Positions 24,201-37,501 of a stretch of DNA of 64,000 bases are shown here, piece after piece. The position numbers and the translations under genes are program-made. Within the stretch, counting starts at the first letter, position 1; each line of letters opens with the position of its first letter. Under the pieces are notes generated by a model. The model was not told where the DNA came from. It was given only the letters and a program-made list of their open reading frames with translations, and did no database searches. Origin of the DNA: Macrostomum lignano (Eukaryota). The stretch lies in contig NIVC01000250.1 in NCBI GenBank assembly GCA_002269645.1, positions 62,001 to 126,000 of the forward strand. The letters are read 5' to 3'.

Positions 24201-26825
24201 GACTCTACGGCCCCTGAGTCATAAAAGCATCGCGCCTGAGTCACTTACGTTTCCACAGAATCGCGTCAGAGCCGCACTAGACAATAAAACGCTTCAAAAA
24301 GACTCTTTGACCGCTTTTTAGCAACGTTTTAGTGACCAGGCGACTTGTACCGTGATATCTAGTCGTTTTAGAGTCACTTGTTTTCTATTTTACATGTACC
24401 TGAGTTACCCTGGGGGGCGACGCAAATGACTGTGACGCTTCTTGGCCTAGGTAGCATTTTCATCGGGTTGAGACGTTTCTATATAGATCTCTCTTTAAGT
24501 TTCTCCTAAAATATCTCTGTAAATGTTATTATCTTACTGTGTACGTTGTAGAAAGTCGGACAATAGGCTTCATTCTCACATTACAAAATTTGCTACTAGC
24601 AAAAACTTCTCGTACAACAGGGAATCATCGGCCAGGTGACTCTAAACGGTGCGCCTCTGAATGGCTGGCGCAGCTACTCGCTGGACTTTGACCGTCTGGC
24701 CGCTAAACTGCCTTATGCTAAGCGGTATTTTTTGATTGCTCTGCTTTGTTTGTTTTCAAATTAGTCTCTTAGAGGGTATTGCTTAGCCAAATTCTCAGAT
24801 TAAGCAGGTACTCTTTCATGCACTCGACTTGAGAAGCCACCCTTCGAAGTCCCCAGACTGAGCAGTCAGCCTCCCAGATTCTTAGGTGGAGCAGCCAACC
24901 TCCCAGATCCCCAGACTGAGCAGCCAACCTCCCAGTTCCCCGGATTGAGCAGCGGTCGACCCTCCCAGATCCCCAGATTGAGCAGCGACCCTCCCAGATC
25001 CCCAGATTGAGCAGCGACACTCCCAGATCCCCAGATTGAGCAGCGACCCTCCCAGATCCCCAGATTGAGCAGCGACCCTCCCAGATCCCCGGATTGAGCA
25101 GCGGTCGACCCTCCCAGATCCCCAGATTGAGCAGCGACCCTCCCAGATCCCCAGATTGAGCAGCGACCCTCCCAGATCCCCGGATTGAGCAGCGGTCGAC
25201 CCTCCCAGATCCCCAGATTGAGCAGCGACCCTCCCAGATCCCCAGATTGAGCAGCCAACCTCCCAGATCCCCAGATTGAGCAGCGACCCTCACAGATCCC
25301 CAGATTGAGCAGCGACCCTCCCAGATCCCCAGATTGAGCAGCCAACCTCCCAGATCCCCAGATTGAGCAGCGACCCTCACAGATCCCCAGATTGAGCAGC
25401 GACCCTCCCAGATCCCCAGATTGAGCAGCCAACCTCCCAGATCCCCAGATTGAGCAGCCAACCTCCCAGATCCCCAGATTGAGCAGCGACCCTCCCAGAT
25501 CCCCAGATTGAGCAGCAGTCGACCTTCCCAGATCCCCAGATTGAGCAGCCAACCTCCCAGATCCCCAGATTGAGCAGCCAACCTCCCAGATCCCCAGATT
25601 GAGCAGCAGTCGACCTTCCCAGATCCCCAGATTGAGCAGCAGTCGACCTTCCCAGATCCCCAGATTGAGCAGCCAACCTCCCAGATCCCCAGATTGAGCA
25701 GCCAACCTCCCAGATCCCCAGATTGAGCAGCGACCCTCCCAGATCCCCAGATTGAGCAGCGACCCTCCCAGATCCCCAGATTGAGCAGCCCACCTCTCTG
25801 ATCCCCAGATTGAGCAGCAGTCGACCCTCCCAGATCCCCAGATTGAGCAGCCAACCTCCCAGATCCCCAGATTGAGCAGCCAACCTCCCAGATCCCTAGA
25901 TTGAGCAGCCAACCTCCCAGATCCCCAGATTGAGCAGCGACCCTCCCAGATCCCCAGATTGAGCAGCCAACCTCCCAGATCCCCAGATTGAGCAGCCAAC
26001 CTCCCAGATCCCCAGATTGAGCAGCCAACCTCCCAGATCCCCAGATTGAGCAGCCAACCTCCCAGATCCCCAGATTGAGCAGCCAACCTCCCAGTTCCTA
26101 GATTGAGCAGCGACCCTCCCAGATCCCCAGATTGAGCAGCCAACCTTCCAGATCCCCAGATTGAGCAGCCAACCTCCCAGATCCCCAGATTGAGCAGCCA
26201 ACCTCCCAGATCCCCAGACTGAGCAGCCAACCTCCCAGATCCCCAGATTGAGCAGCCAACCTCCCAGATCCCCAGATTGAGCAGCATCCAACCTCCCAGA
26301 TCCCAAGATTGATCAGCGACCAATCTAAAGGATAAGTAACTGACCTTAAATATCTGAAAATGATGTCAATAAGGTTTTCAAAGATCCATAAAAACTCAAA
26401 ATTTTAGTCTGGCGGCATCAGAAGAACCTCAGGCAGCCCAGGCCAGCCTGTACATGGGCAGGCTTATCCTGGACAAGAACAACCTGACCGACACTTACGC
26501 CAACTTGTCCACATTTTGCAAAGGCCAGCTGTGGATCAACGGCTTCAACTTGGGTCGCTACTGGCCCTGCGCCGGCCCCCAGGTGACCTTGTACGTACCC
26601 GGAGCGGTGCTGAGAGAGGGCAGCAACTCCGTGGCAGTTCTCGAACTGCTCCAAGCGCCCTGCCTGAGTGACAGCTCGTGTAGGATTGACTTTCTACGCG
26701 AGCCAGACGTCGGGTTTAGACGTAAATCAGTTGCAGATTCGGCTATCAGTCTGAGATTCAGAGGAAAGTTTGCGGTGCCGTCCTCCGCAGATCAGCTGCC
26801 TTCAGTAGATGACGAGCGCATCTGA
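18298..26825 (+). CDS. GLB1: Lysosomal-type beta-galactosidase (GH35), ~685 aa; one apparent -1 frameshift
   Basis: Exons 18298..19036, 20209..20508, 23477..23972, 24621..24724 and 26408..26825 with compatible phases. Signal peptide; [32 protein letters not shown] (acid/base Glu), NSEYY (nucleophile Glu), YMFFG(G)[36 protein letters not shown]. One G is missing at 20403-20406. Confidence 0.93.
19700..20050. mobile_element. Long inverted repeat / MITE-like foldback in GLB1 intron 1
   Basis: Arms 19700-19856 and 19894-20050 are reverse complements at roughly 92% (about 13 differences by eye), with a 37-nt spacer. Confidence 0.85.
21012..23333. repeat. 11-bp satellite (tgtatgtctcc with tttatg/tctac variants), ~210 copies, GLB1 intron 2
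   Basis: Tandem array. It produces spurious 11-aa-periodic ORFs. Confidence 0.97.
24007..24324. mobile_element. Possible MITE with 11-bp TIR (ttgctaaaaag/ctttttagcaa), GLB1 intron 3
   Basis: Perfect 11-bp inverted termini and internal GACTC/GAGTC repeats. No TSD recognised. Confidence 0.35.
24850..26320. repeat. 26-bp minisatellite (ccagatccccagattgagcagccaacctc-like) with 30-bp variants, GLB1 intron 4
   Basis: About 55 tandem copies. Confidence 0.95.
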
Positions 26826-27063
26826 GGAAAATCATTAATAGTACATCTACTCTTTACGAGTACTAACGATTCATGCGTCTACGATGAAAGTACGTGTGCA
26901 GTTTTCTCATAAACACATTGTACTTTTAGCTGCAGTAAATCTATATACTTTGCCAATCAGCTTTTCAGTAGTGGCTAGCTAGTTGTTTTTATAAGATTTT
27001 AATTCCCATTTTTAATTGCTACATCTATTTGTTGAATATATATTTTTTAATTGAACATACATA

Positions 27064-27069
27064 AATAAA
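27064..27069 (+). terminator. Candidate polyadenylation signal of GLB1
   Basis: AATAAA ~240 nt after the stop codon, followed by T-rich sequence. Confidence 0.5.
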
Positions 27070-27944
27070 AGTTTAAATTTTTGTAAATTTGCTTCAGTTG
27101 TATTATATTTCATATTTTTTACTAGAAATGAAGATACAAACGACAGACAATATTTTGTCAGTAGTCACCTATTCATACATGTAGTACTGATGAGTAGTCT
27201 GTCAGTAAGAGTTAGCTTGCAGTTTAAAAGTTATAAAAAGTTATGATATTATTGTAATTTGTAGCCAAAGAGGCTAAAAAGTTGTTTGATGGGACTTTAA
27301 GAGCTGCCGAGTGACCTTTAATTGTAACAAATTTAATTTCTTTGGCTATAATAACTAGATTAATTCTTTAAAGATTATCGGTGGATAATCTCGGCTCACA
27401 TGTTTGCGTTTGAAAAATCAATCCAATCAAACAATAGAGATGATACTGTAAATAGATGCTCAGACTCGTCCAGACTTTCGTTTGAAGGGAGAAAATTAAA
27501 GGCAATTGGCCACGGAGACGATTTGGACATATAGCTATATACACGTGGACCAGCTAGAAGAACTGGCAACTTGAATCTGTGCGTGGGCGAGAGAGAGAGA
27601 GAGGGAGCGTCGAAGGCTCGACTTGTCATCATGAGGTGGGACCGGGAGTTGCTTGTGCGTGGCGTTATTCGATGAAGGCTTTGGCTGTCTATCGTATCTA
27701 TCTTGCCCATCATCACAAATGAGTGCCGCACTAATATACACATACTTCGTACATATCTAACCAACTGCTGCACTGCAGGCTTTACAAATGGGAATTTTTA
27801 CTAAGTCCAGATTGTTATCATGTCTCTGTGTGATGGTGCCATCATTTCGGCTTGGTCCGTAGTGTGCAACGGGAAAGCGCGATTGAAAGCGCTTGTGCTG
27901 TTACATAAATATTTACAGAATCTTTTACTTTACTTAGACACTGG

Positions 27945-29520
27945 GCCAGTGGAGGGGAGAGAGGGGGACGGAGAGAGGGGGAAAACGGAGAGGGGAGGGA
28001 AAAGAGAGAGAGGGGGAGAAGGGAGAGAGGGGGAGGGAGAGGAGAGAGGAGGAGGGAGAAGGGAGAGAGGAGGAGGGAGAAGGGAGAGAGGGGAGAGAGA
28101 AGGGAGAGAGGAGGAGGGAGAAGGGGAGAGAGGGGAGAGAGAAGGGAGAGGGGGAGAGAGAGGGGAGAGAGGGCGAGGGAGAAGGGAGAGAGGGGAGGGA
28201 GAAGGGAGAGAGGGCGAGGGGAAGGGAGAGAGGGGAGGGAGAAGGGAGAGAGGGGGAGAGAGAAGGGAGAGAGGGGAGGGAGAGGAGAGAGAGGGGGAGG
28301 AGAGGAGAGGAGAAGAGAGAGAGAGAGAGAGAGAGAGGAGGAGAGAGAGAGGAGAGAGGAGAGGAGAGAGAGGGAGAACGGAGAGGGGGATCAGGGAGAG
28401 AGGAGTGGTGTTGTAGGATTGAGGCTTATGAGGAGGCGAGAGAGGAGAGGGAAGAGAGCAGAGACAAGAGAAACTGCATGGACAGGAGAGGGAATAAAAG
28501 AGAACAACAACATAACACTATTGAATGTCACAAACTGCTGTCGATATAACCCAAACGCTAACCTGAAACACTTCAAGATTTCATGCTGCATTTATTAATT
28601 GCGCATAAAAAACTCCTTGACTGCTGAATTAAACACTGATTAGTAGTAACATCGGCACCTGCCTCGCTTAACATTTATAACACCTAAACTTCTCACAGGC
28701 TTCTCACAGATACCGGTAGCGTTATTTTCGTGGTTTGTTGGGTTCTGACGTTAAAAGAAATTTTCTCTTAAATTAGCTCTCATCTGCATGTGCGTGTCGA
28801 CTTGGTTCGTGACTTTTATTCTCAAATATCATAAGCCTCAATCCTACAACACCACTCCTCTATCCCTGATCCCCCTCTCCTTTCTCTCTCCCCCTCTCTC
28901 CCTTCTCCCTCCCCCTCTTTCCCTTCTCCCTCCCCCTCTCTCCCTTCCCCCTCGCCCTCTCTCCCTTCTCTCTCCCCCTCTCCCTTCTCTCTCCCCTCTC
29001 TCCCTTCTCCCTCCTCCTCTCTCCCTTCTCTCTCCCCTCTCTCCCTTCTCCCTCCCCCTCTCTCCTCTCCCTCCCCCTCTCTCCCTTCTCCCTCCCCCTC
29101 TCTCCCTTCTCCCTCCCCCTCTCTCCCTTCTCCCTCCCCCTCTCTCCCTTCTCCCTCCCCTCTCTCCCTTCTCCCTCCCCCTATCTCCCTTCTCTCTCAC
29201 CCTCTCTCCCTTCTCCCTCCCCCTCTCTCCCTTCTCCCACCCCTCTCTCCCTTCTCTCTCCCCCTCTCCCTTCTCTCTCCCCTCTCCCTTCTCTCTCCCT
29301 CTCTCCCTTCTCCCTCCTCCTCTCTCCCTTCTCTCTCCCCTCTCTCCCTTCTCTCTCCCCTCTCTCCCTTCTCTCTCCCCTCTCTCCCTTCTCCCCTCTC
29401 TCTCTCTTTTCCCTCCCCTCTCCGTTTTCCCCCTCTCTCCCTTCTCCCTCCCCCTCTCTCCCTTCTCCCTCCCCCTCTTTCCCTTCTCCCTCCCCCTCTC
29501 TCCCCTCTCCCTCTCCCCCT
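27945..29520. repeat. Inverted duplication of a purine-rich (GA) tract around a ~390-bp spacer
   Basis: The GA-rich arm at 27945-28431 ends in ggatcagggagagaggagtggtgttgtaggattgaggcttatga. Its reverse complement starts at ~28823 and is followed by a CT-rich arm to 29520. The diagnostic module gggggaaaacggagagggg occurs in both arms. Confidence 0.8.
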
Positions 29521-30019
29521 GATGCCCGTCTCCCATCTCACCCTCTCACGCTTGCAGTTGTTCTCCTGGCTTCAAAGAGGAATTCTAGCTATGCGAATCC
29601 TCGATTCCTTAAAATGCCTCTAAAATCGTGCTCAAATTTCATTTCCTATATATGGCTCTCATCTCTCATCTCTCATCTTGCTGGAGTCTTTTTGACGAGC
29701 TTTAATTCCTTTGAAATTAATCATTTGATGTTTTAAACATCACACTAGGCAAACAGGCTAGACTTGCTACTCAGGCTTTTGAGGGCCTCAAATACTCAAG
29801 TATTTCACCAAGCCATTATTGAGAGACAAACGACTGAAAAATTACAAATATCTTAGATTATATTATAGTACACAGAAATTCCTTGTATAAAAGAATTTCA
29901 TTTCCAATTATAGGCATGAACTTAAAATCCTCTTCTTTGCCATTCTTCGGGCAAATCATCCATTAATATTGTGTGTAACTATGTCTAACAGTGTTGAGAC
30001 TACGACAAATAAACTCATC

Positions 30020-31552
30020 CAACAGGTCTAGGTCCTTTATCCATTATGAGACCGTGTCTAACAGGTCTAGGTCCTTTATCCATTATGAGACCGTGTCTAA
30101 CAGGTCTAGGTCCTTTATCCATTATGAGACCGTGTCTAACAGGTCTAGGTCCTTTACCCATTATGAGACCGTGTCTAACAGGTCTAGGTCCTTTATCCAT
30201 TATGAGACCGTGTCTAACAGGTCTAGGTCCTTTATCCATTATGAGACCGTGTCTAACAGGTCTAGGTCCTTTACCCATTATGAGACCGTGTCTAACAGGT
30301 CTAGGTCCTTTATCCATTATGAGACCGTGTCTAACAGGTCTAGGTCCTTTACCCATTATGAGACCGTGTCTAACAGGTCTAGGTCCTTTATCCATTATGA
30401 GACCGTGTCTAACAGGTCTAGGTCCTTTATCCATTATGAGACCGTGTCTAACAGGTCTAGGTCCTTTATCCATTATGAGACCGTGTCTAACAGGTCTAGG
30501 TCCTTTATCCATTATGAGACCGTGTCTAACAGGTCTAGGTCCTTTATCCATTATGAGACCGTGTCTAACAGGTCTAGGTCCTTTATCCATTATGAGACCG
30601 TGTCTAACAGGTCTAGGTCCTTTATCCATTATGAGACCGTGTCTAACAGGTCTAGGTCCTTTATCCATTATGAGACCGTGTCTAACAGGTCTAGGGTCCT
30701 TTATCCATTATGAGACCGTGTCTAACAGGTCTAGGTCCTTTATCCATTATGAGACCGTGTCTAACAAGTCTAGGTCCTTTATCCATTATGAGACCGTGTC
30801 TAACAGGTCTAGGTCCTTTATCCATTATGAGACCGTGTCTAACAGGTCTAGGTCCTTTATCCATTATGAGACCGTGTCTAACAGGTCTAGGTCCTTTATC
30901 CATTATGAGACCGTGTCTAACAGGTCTAGGTCCTTTATCCATTATGAGACCGTGTCTAACAGGTCTAGGTCCTTTATCCATTATGAGACCGTGTCTAACA
31001 GGTCTAGGTCCTTTATCCATTATGAGACCGTGTCTAACAGGTCTAGGTCCTTTATCCATTATGAGACCGTGTCTAACAGGTCTAGGTCCTTTATCCATTA
31101 TGAGACCGTGTCTAACAGGTCTAGGTCCTTTATCCATTATGAGACCGTGTCTAACAGGTCTAGGTCCTTTATCCATTATGAGACCGTGTCTAACAGGTCT
31201 AGGTCCTTTATCCATTATGAGACCGTGTCTAACAGGTCTAGGTCCTTTATCCATTATGAGACCGTGTCTAACAGGTCTAGGTCCTTTACCCATTATGAGA
31301 CCGTGTCTAACAGGTCTAGGTCCTTTATCCATTATGAGACCGTGTCTAACAGGTCTAGGTCCTTTATCCATTATGAGACCGTGTCTAACAGGTCTAGGTC
31401 CTTTATCCATTATGAGACCGTGTCTAACAGGTCTAGGTCCTTTACCCATTATGAGACCGTGTCTAACAGGTCTAGGTCCTTTACCCATTATGAGACCGTG
31501 TCTAACAGGTCTAGGTCCTTTACCCATTATGAGACCGTGTCTAACAGGTCTA
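30020..31552. repeat. 39-bp minisatellite, ~39 copies
   Basis: Unit cgtgtctaacaggtctagg+tcctttatccattatgagac; nearly homogeneous. Confidence 0.97.
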
Positions 31553-32383
31553 GGGCCCTGACCATGGCGTGTCTAACAGGTCTAGGGCACTGACCATCCC
31601 GTGTCTAACAGGTCTAGGGCACTGACCATCCCGTGTCTAACAGGTCTAGGGCACTGACCATGGTGTGTCTAATAGGTCTAGGCCACTGACCATGGTGTGT
31701 CTAACAGGTCTAGGGCACTGACCATCCCGTGTCTAACAGGTCTAGGGCACTGACCATCCCGTGTCTAACAGGTCTAGGGCACTGACCACAGTGTGTCTAA
31801 CAGGTCTAGGGCACTGACCATCCCGTGTCTAACAGGTCTAGGGCACTGACCATCCCGTGTCTAACAGGTCTAGGGCCCTGACCATGGCGTGTCTAACAGG
31901 TCTAGGGCACTGACCATCCCGTGTCTAACAGGTCTAGGGCACTGAACATCCCGTGTCTAACAGGTCTAGGGCACTGACCATCCCGTGTCTAACAGGTCTA
32001 GGGCCCTGACCATCCCGTGTCTAACAGGTCTAGGGCCCTGACCATGGCGTGTCTAACAGGTCTAGGGCACTGACCATCCCGTGTCTAACAGGTCTAGGGC
32101 ACTGACCATCCCGTGTCTAACAGGTCTAGGGCACTGACCATCCCGTGTCTAACAGGTCTAGGGCACTGACCATCCCGTGTCTAACAGGTCTAGGGCACTG
32201 ACCATCTCGTGTCTAACAGGTCTAGGGCACTGACCATCCCGTGTCTAACAGGTCTAGGGCACTGACCATCCCGTGTCTAACAGGTCTAGGGCCCTGACCA
32301 TGGCGTGTCTAACAGGTCTAGGGCACTGACCATCTCGTGTCTAACAGGTCTAGGGCACTGACCATCCCGTGTCTAACAGGTCT
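31553..32383. repeat. 32-bp minisatellite, ~26 copies, sharing a 19-bp core with the adjacent 39-bp array
   Basis: Unit cgtgtctaacaggtctagg+gcactgaccatcc (variant gccctgaccatgg). Confidence 0.95.
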
Positions 32384-33349
32384 GACCAACTAGCAGGCCC
32401 AGTCCGCAATCAATCACCTGATTCAATAATTTCTAACACACACGGAACCGAATTTCATTGAACTCTAATATTCTCGATCAACCCTGAGCAGAGGCACTGC
32501 TCTGCCAAACAGAAAGATGGATAGACACTTGAAACTGAAATATCCTTTCTCCTTCTCTCCCTGGCTCCCTGCACAGGGGGCGGGGACAGAATCCATTACG
32601 GGCTTGGCGAAGAAGAAAGATGAATGAATGCTGGATGTTGGCGATTCTCGGTTGAAAGGGCGCGGCTGCCCACCTGCGGCCGAGCTAGCAGAAAAGGCAA
32701 AGAGAGACCATGCAGAAAAGCGATCAGTGGCTGCCGCCGCCTTCTTTTAGCCCCGAAGAGGCTAAGAACACGCGCAGAAGACGGAGCCTTGTCGCGGGAA
32801 CATCGCCTCTGCCGCTTCTGCCTCTGCTACGGCAAGGTGCTCAATGAATTATTTATGAAACAGTCGGCGTCTCCTACTAAGAACTAACACGCCTTGCAGC
32901 TCAAAAAAGGCAGAAAAGAAGGATCGAGAGAGAAGAAGAGAGGGAGAGGCCAGTGGAAGCGCAGGGTCGAAAGCAGTTTTCAGCTGCTGCTTGTGGGCTC
33001 AGCGTCTTGGTTGCTGAGGTGCATGCATCAAAGCCCGTCTCAGCTCTTTCTTCTCAGCTTCTCAGCTTTAGGGGATCTATTTTTAGTCTCCCTAAGAGTC
33101 TGAACTCAGAAACGCCCCATTTGAAAGGTCCATCACTCATCACAATGGCCTGCAGGTGATGCAGGTGAAAAAAGAAATTCTGGGACAATTGATCGAGGCA
33201 GCTCGAGAGCACTTCTTGGTAGATTGCCCATGCCGGCGCATTTGAATGCGGGAATTTCTAAAACCGCCTTCCTCTCCCTCTGTTGCTTCTATCAGACTTG
33301 TTGAATCGCTTTTCGTTTTTTCGTTTTTTCATTTTCTGGAGAGGGGCAT

Positions 33350-34495
33350 CCCCTGTCTCTTGGTGGTCGCCCCTGTCTTCTGGTGGTCGCCCCTGTCTCT
33401 TGGTGGTCGCCCCTGTCTTCTGGTGGTCGCCAGTGTCTCTTGGTGGTCGCCCCTGTCTTCTGGTGGTCGCCAGTGTCTCTTGGTGGTCGCCAGTGTCTTT
33501 TGGTGGCCGCCAGTGTCTCTTGGTGGTCGCCCCTGTCTTCTGGTGGTCGCCAGTGTCTCTTGGTGATCGCCAGTGTCTCTTGGTGGTCACAAGTGTCTCT
33601 TGGTGGTCGCCAGTGTCTCTTGGTGGTCACAAGTGTCTATTGATGTCGCCAGTGTCTCTTGGTGGTCACAAGTGTCTTCTGGTGGTCGCCAGTGTCTCTT
33701 GGTGGTCGCCAGTGTCTCTTGGTGGTCGCCAGTGTCTCTTGGTAGGCGCCCGTGTCTCTTGGTGGTCGCCAGTGTCTCTTGGTGGTCGCCAGTGTCTCTT
33801 GGTGGTCACAAGTGTCTTCTGGTGGTCACCAGTGTCTTTTGGTGGTCGCCAGTGTCTCTTGGTGATCGCCAGTGTCTTTTGGTGGTCCCCAGTATCTCTT
33901 GGTGGCCGCCAGTGTCTCTTGGTGGTCGCTAGTGTCTTTTGGTGGTCGCCATTGTCTCTTGGTGGTCGCCATTGTCTCTTGGTGGTCGCTACTGTCTCTT
34001 GGTGTTCACAAGTGTCTATTGATGTCGCCAGTGTCTCTTGGTGGTCACCAGTGTCTCTTGGTGGTCGCCAGTGTCTCTTGGTGGTCACAAGTGTCTTCTG
34101 GTGGTCGCCAGTGTCTCTTGGTGGTCACAAGTGTCTTCTGGTGGTCGCCAGTGTCTCTTAGTGGTCGCCAGTGTCTCTTGGTGGTCGCCAGTGTCTCTTG
34201 GTAGGCGCCCGTGTCTCTTGGTGGTCGCCAGTGTCTCTTGGTGGTCGCCAGTGTCTCTTGGTGGTCGCCAGTGTCTCTTGGTGGTCGACAGTGTCTCTTG
34301 GTGGTCGCCAGTGTCTCTTGGTGGTCGCCAGTGTCTTTTTGTGGTCGCCAGTGTCTCTTGGTGGTCGCCAGTGTCTCTTGGTGTCGCCAGTGTCTCTTGA
34401 TGTCGCCAGTGTCTCTTGATGGTCGCCCCTGTCTTTTGGTGGTCGCCAGTGTCTATTGATGTCACCAGTGTCTCTTAGTGGTCGCCCCTGTCTCA
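33350..34495. repeat. 20-bp minisatellite (ggtggtcgccagtgtctctt), degenerate
   Basis: Tandem copies; gives 20-aa-periodic spurious ORFs. Confidence 0.95.
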
Positions 34496-35189
34496 TAGGT
34501 CGGTAGATTGGATTCCACATACAACAGGTAAAAAATCTAGCTCATGTCATTCATCAAGCTTGATTATATCTTTAATTTAGTTTTTTGTGAGGAGCGATTG
34601 CAGGGGACCCCTGGCCCTCTCTCTCCTTGACACCAAAACAGCTTCGTAACCAGCAGTGGGTTCCGAGTTTAACCCTTAGTCAATTTTCCGAGGTTAATCT
34701 AACGTTTCGAGTTTTTATGACCATAAAATAGGCGCCCCAGAGATGCACGAACTGCACCGCTCTCTTCTCCCGATCTTACTCCTATTCCGCGGGGAATTTC
34801 CAATGAGGCGGACATGGATTTCTTCATATACGAGCTGTCTGGATTGGAAACCGCCTTGAACGAAGCCATTATTTCTACCAAATCTATCCCTGAGTTTCCG
34901 AATCCAGACTCTATTTAGTTGTCCTTGAAGCGCGCGGAAGAATTGGCCGAACGAACCATAAAACTCCGACTCGAATTTGATCGCCCATCCTCCATCTCAG
35001 GTTCGAGTTCAGCGGCCCTGGACTGCATCAAGTGGAGCTCTCTGTGGCTATGCGCCCCAGACGCCAGTGGGAATTATAAAAAATAAATTAATATACAAGA
35101 TACAAGCGCTGATGTATTGGGCATTAGGTACAGCTGGATTACCATTAATTAGATATTAGATACATTAGATTAGATTATATTAGATATTT

Positions 35190-37501
35190 TAGTTACAGCT
35201 GGATTTACCCCATTAGATACAGCTGGATTTACCATTAGAAACAGCTGGATTTATCATTAGATACAGCTGGATTTATCATTAGATACAGCTGGATTTACCA
35301 TTAGATACAGCTGGATTTACCATTAGATACAGCTTGATTTACCATTAGATGCAACTGGATTTACCATTAGATATAGCTTGATTTACCATTAGATACAGTT
35401 TGATTTACCATTAGATACAGCTTGATTTACCATTAGATACAGCTTGATTTACCATTAGATACAGCTTGATGTACCATTAGATACAGCTTGATTTACCATT
35501 AGATACAGCTGGCTTTACCATTAGATACAGCTGAATTTACCATTAAATACAGCCATGGATTTACCATTAGATACAGCTGGATTTACCATTAGAAACAGCT
35601 GGCTTTACCATTAGATACAGCTGGCTTTACCATTAGATACAGCTTGATTTACCATTAGATACAGCTTGATTTACCATTAGATACAGCTTGATTTACCATT
35701 AGATACAGCTGGATTCACCATTAGATACAGCTTGATTTACCATTAGATACAGCTTGATTTACCATTAGATACAGTTTGATTTACCATTAGATACAGTTTG
35801 ATTTACCATTAGATACAGCTGGATTTACCATTAGATACAGCTGGATTTACCATTAGATACAGCTTGATTTACCATTAGATACAGTTTGATTTACCATTAG
35901 ATACAGCTTGATTTACCATTAGATACAGTTTGATTTACCATTAGATACAGTTTGATTTACCATTAGATACAGCTGGATTCACCATTAGATACAGCTTGAT
36001 TTACCATTAGATACAGCTTGATTTACCATTAGATACAGTTTGATTTACCATTAGATACAGCTTGATTTACCATTAGATACAGCTTGATTTACCATTAGAT
36101 ACAGTTTGATTTACCATTAGATACAGTTTGATTCACCATTAGATACAGCTTGATTTATCATTAGATACAGTTTGATTCACCATTAGATACAGTTTGATTT
36201 ACCATTAGATACAGTTTGATTTACCATTAGATACAGTTTGATTTACCATTAGATACAGCTTGATGTACCATTAGATACAGCTTGATTTACCATTAGATAC
36301 AGCTGGCTTTACCATTAGATACAGCTTGATTTACCATTAGATACAGCTTGATTTACCATTAGATACAGCTTGATTAATCATTAGATACAGCTGAATTTAC
36401 CATTAGATACAGCTTGATTTACCATTAGATACAGCTGGATTTACCATTAGATACAGTTTGATTTACCATTAGATACAGTTTGATTTACCATTAGATAAAA
36501 CTGGATTTACCATTAGATACAGCTTGATTTACCATTAGATACAGCTTGATTTACCATTAGATACAGTTTGATTTACCATTAGATACAGCTTGATTTACCA
36601 TTAGATACAGTTTGATTTACCATTAGATACAGCTGGATTTACCATAAGATACAAATGGATTTACCATAAGATACAGCTGGATTTACAATTAGATACAGCT
36701 GGATTTACCATTAGATACAGCTGGATTTACCATTAGATACAGCTGGATTTACCATTAGATACAGCTTGATTAATCATTAGATACAGCTGAATTTACCATT
36801 AGATACAGCTTGATTTACAATTAGATACAGCTGGATTTACCATTAGATACAGTTGGATTTACCATTAGATACAGCTGGATTTACCATTAGATACAGCTGG
36901 ATTTAACATTAGATACAGCTGGATTTACCATTAGATACAGCTGAATTTACCATTAGATACAGCTTGATTTACAATTAGATACAGCTGGATTTACCATTAG
37001 ATACAGCTTGATTTACCATTAGATACAGCTGGATTTACCATTAGATACAGCTGGATTTACCATTAGATACAGCTGGATTTACCATTAGATACAGCTGGAT
37101 TTACCATTAGATACAGCTGGATTTACCATTAGATACAGCTGGATTTACCATTAGATACAGCTGGATTTACCATTAGATACAGCTGGATTTACCATTAGAT
37201 ACAGCTGGATTTACCATTAGATACAGTTTGATTTACCATTAGATACAGCTGGATTTACCATTAGATACAGCTTGATGTACCATTAGATACAGCTGGATTT
37301 ACCATTAGATACAGCTGAATTTACCATTAGATACAGCTTGATTTACCATAAGATACAGCTGGATTTACCATTAGATACAGCTGGATTTACCATTAGATAC
37401 AGCTGGATTTACCATTAGATACAGCTGGATTTACCATTAGATACAGCTGGATTTACCATTAGATACAGCTGGATTTAACATTAGATACAGCTGGATTTAC
37501 C
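35190..37501. repeat. 22-bp minisatellite (attagatacagct(t/g)gatttacc), ~105 copies
   Basis: Tandem array. Confidence 0.97.

Noticed and set aside
24769-26323. 400-485-aa minus-strand ORFs
   Set aside because: Translations of the 26-bp minisatellite in a GLB1 intron.
29991-32383. CRISPR-like look of constant core plus spacer, and long ORFs
   Set aside because: Spacers are identical or near-identical, there are no cas genes and the context is eukaryotic. The ORFs are repeat artefacts.
33152-33222. Possible orphan exon (VMQVKKEILGQLIEAAREHFL) with AG/GT borders
   Set aside because: No recognisable family and no partner exons found; could be chance.
34985-35020. B-box-like GGTTCGAGTTC suggesting a tRNA or SINE
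   Set aside because: No A-box at the correct distance and no cloverleaf.
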